DNA of 45,052 nucleotides from Thermoplasmatota archaeon (lineage in GTDB: Archaea > Thermoplasmatota > E2 > JACPAO01 > JAHFTW01): assembly GCA_041623215.1 (NCBI GenBank), contig JBFJXH010000002.1:1-45052 (forward strand). Direction: 5' to 3'. Each line of letters opens with the position of its first letter. Position 1 is the first letter of the stretch. Below are positions 44,377 to 45,052 of this stretch, piece by piece. The position numbers and the translations under genes were made by a program. Under the pieces are notes generated by a model. That model had not been told where the DNA came from, did no database searches, and saw only the letters and a list, made by a program, of their open reading frames with translations.

Positions 44377-45052
44377 TGGCCCGCGGCAACACCAAATTCG
44401 CCACCAAGCACGTGACACGGCCCAAGGATCCCCTGAAGCCACTGCACGACAAACCCCTCCACAAAATCAACGAGGCAGGCAACTACAACCTCAACCTCAT
44501 CGAGGCCATGAACCTCGCCTTCGACGAAGAAATGGCACGCGACGAACGCGTCATGATTCTCGGCGAAGACGTAGGCCGTGACGGCGGCATCTTCCGGCTG
44601 ACCGACAACCTCATGGACAAGTACGGCGAGTCGCGCGTCGTTGACACCCCCATCGCCGAAATGGGTATCGCCGGCGCCGCCACCGGCTTGGCCATGGCTG
44701 GCATGCGACCCATTGGCGAAATGCAATTCTCCGGGTTCAGCTACCAAGCACACCACCACTACGAATCCCACATGGCGCGCATGCTCAAGCGCACCAACGG
44801 CCGATTCAAACTGCCCATGGTCATCCACATGCCCTACGGCGCCGGTGTACACGCACTCGAACACCACTCTGAATCGCGGGAAATGTACTGGGTCCACACG
44901 CCCGGTCTCACGGTCGTCATGCCCTCCACGCCCCGCAATGCCCGCGCCCTATTGCGGGCCAGTATTCGCAGCGACGAACCCGTCATTTTCATGGAACCAA
45001 AGTACCTGTACCGAAAGTACCGCGAAGAGTTCCCCGCAGATGACGACATTGC
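44376..45052 (+). CDS. pdhB: 2-oxoacid dehydrogenase E1 component, beta subunit (3' end beyond the window)
   Basis: This gene is not in the ORF track because it has no stop in the window. My translation is MARGNTKF...NLIEAMNLAFDEEMARDERVMILGEDVGRDGGIFRLTDNLMDKYGESRVVDTPIAEMGIAGAATGLAMAGMRPIGEMQF. GGGAGGT lies 9 nt upstream, and the ATG overlaps the E1-alpha TAA (TAATG). Confidence 0.88.
   Translation, partial: MARGNTKFATKHVTRPKDPLKPLHDKPLHKINEAGNYNLNLIEAMNLAFDEEMARDERVMILGEDVGRDGGIFRLTDNLMDKYGESRVVDTPIAEMGIAGAATGLAMAGMRPIGEMQFSGFSYQAHHHYESHMARMLKRTNGRFKLPMVIHMPYGAGVHALEHHSESREMYWVHTPGLTVVMPSTPRNARALLRASIRSDEPVIFMEPKYLYRKYREEFPADDDI

Overview
This is a gene-dense, high-GC (about 60-65% by eye) 45-kb window from an archaeal chromosome. 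Archaeal hallmark genes are present: aEF-1beta, TFS, RpoK, PCNA, PriL/PriS, GINS, RadB, diphthine synthase and Trm5. The lineage is probably an uncultured euryarchaeal or Thermoplasmatota-like organism, but that cannot be verified without a database search. I support about 46 protein-coding genes, mostly housekeeping, and found no rRNA, tRNA, CRISPR array or recognisable IS/transposase. The main blocks are:
- a cupredoxin protein, an aminotransferase, a glutaredoxin and an H+-pyrophosphatase;
- rpoK-rps2;
- a replisome cluster (pcn, priL, priS, gins);
- a minus-strand repair operon (unknown 570-aa protein, radB, uvrB, rnhA);
- class II ribonucleotide reductase, PepP, an Lhr-type helicase, trm5, dph5, a DHH phosphoesterase and L11;
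- a small accessory patch of secreted proteins and lipoproteins;
- the start of a 2-oxoacid dehydrogenase E1 operon.
The items most worth a second look are:
1. An unmistakable Hcp (T6SS tube protein family) homologue that appears to carry a Sec signal peptide. It is translationally coupled to a lipoprotein, and no other T6SS or contractile-injection genes are nearby.
2. A 558-bp gene-free island (21073-21630). It holds a 216-bp imperfect palindrome bounded by perfect 21-bp inverted repeats, plus 11-nt-phased and direct repeats. It could be a candidate MITE, a structured RNA or a protein-binding array.
3. An uncharacterised 570-aa protein leading the radB-uvrB-rnhA operon.
4. A protein-like reading frame interrupted by a single in-frame TAG between the homocysteine methyltransferase and the Hcp operon.
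Many long ORFs in the supplied track are antisense shadows typical of high-GC DNA and were rejected. Several start codons were moved downstream of the longest-ORF start.
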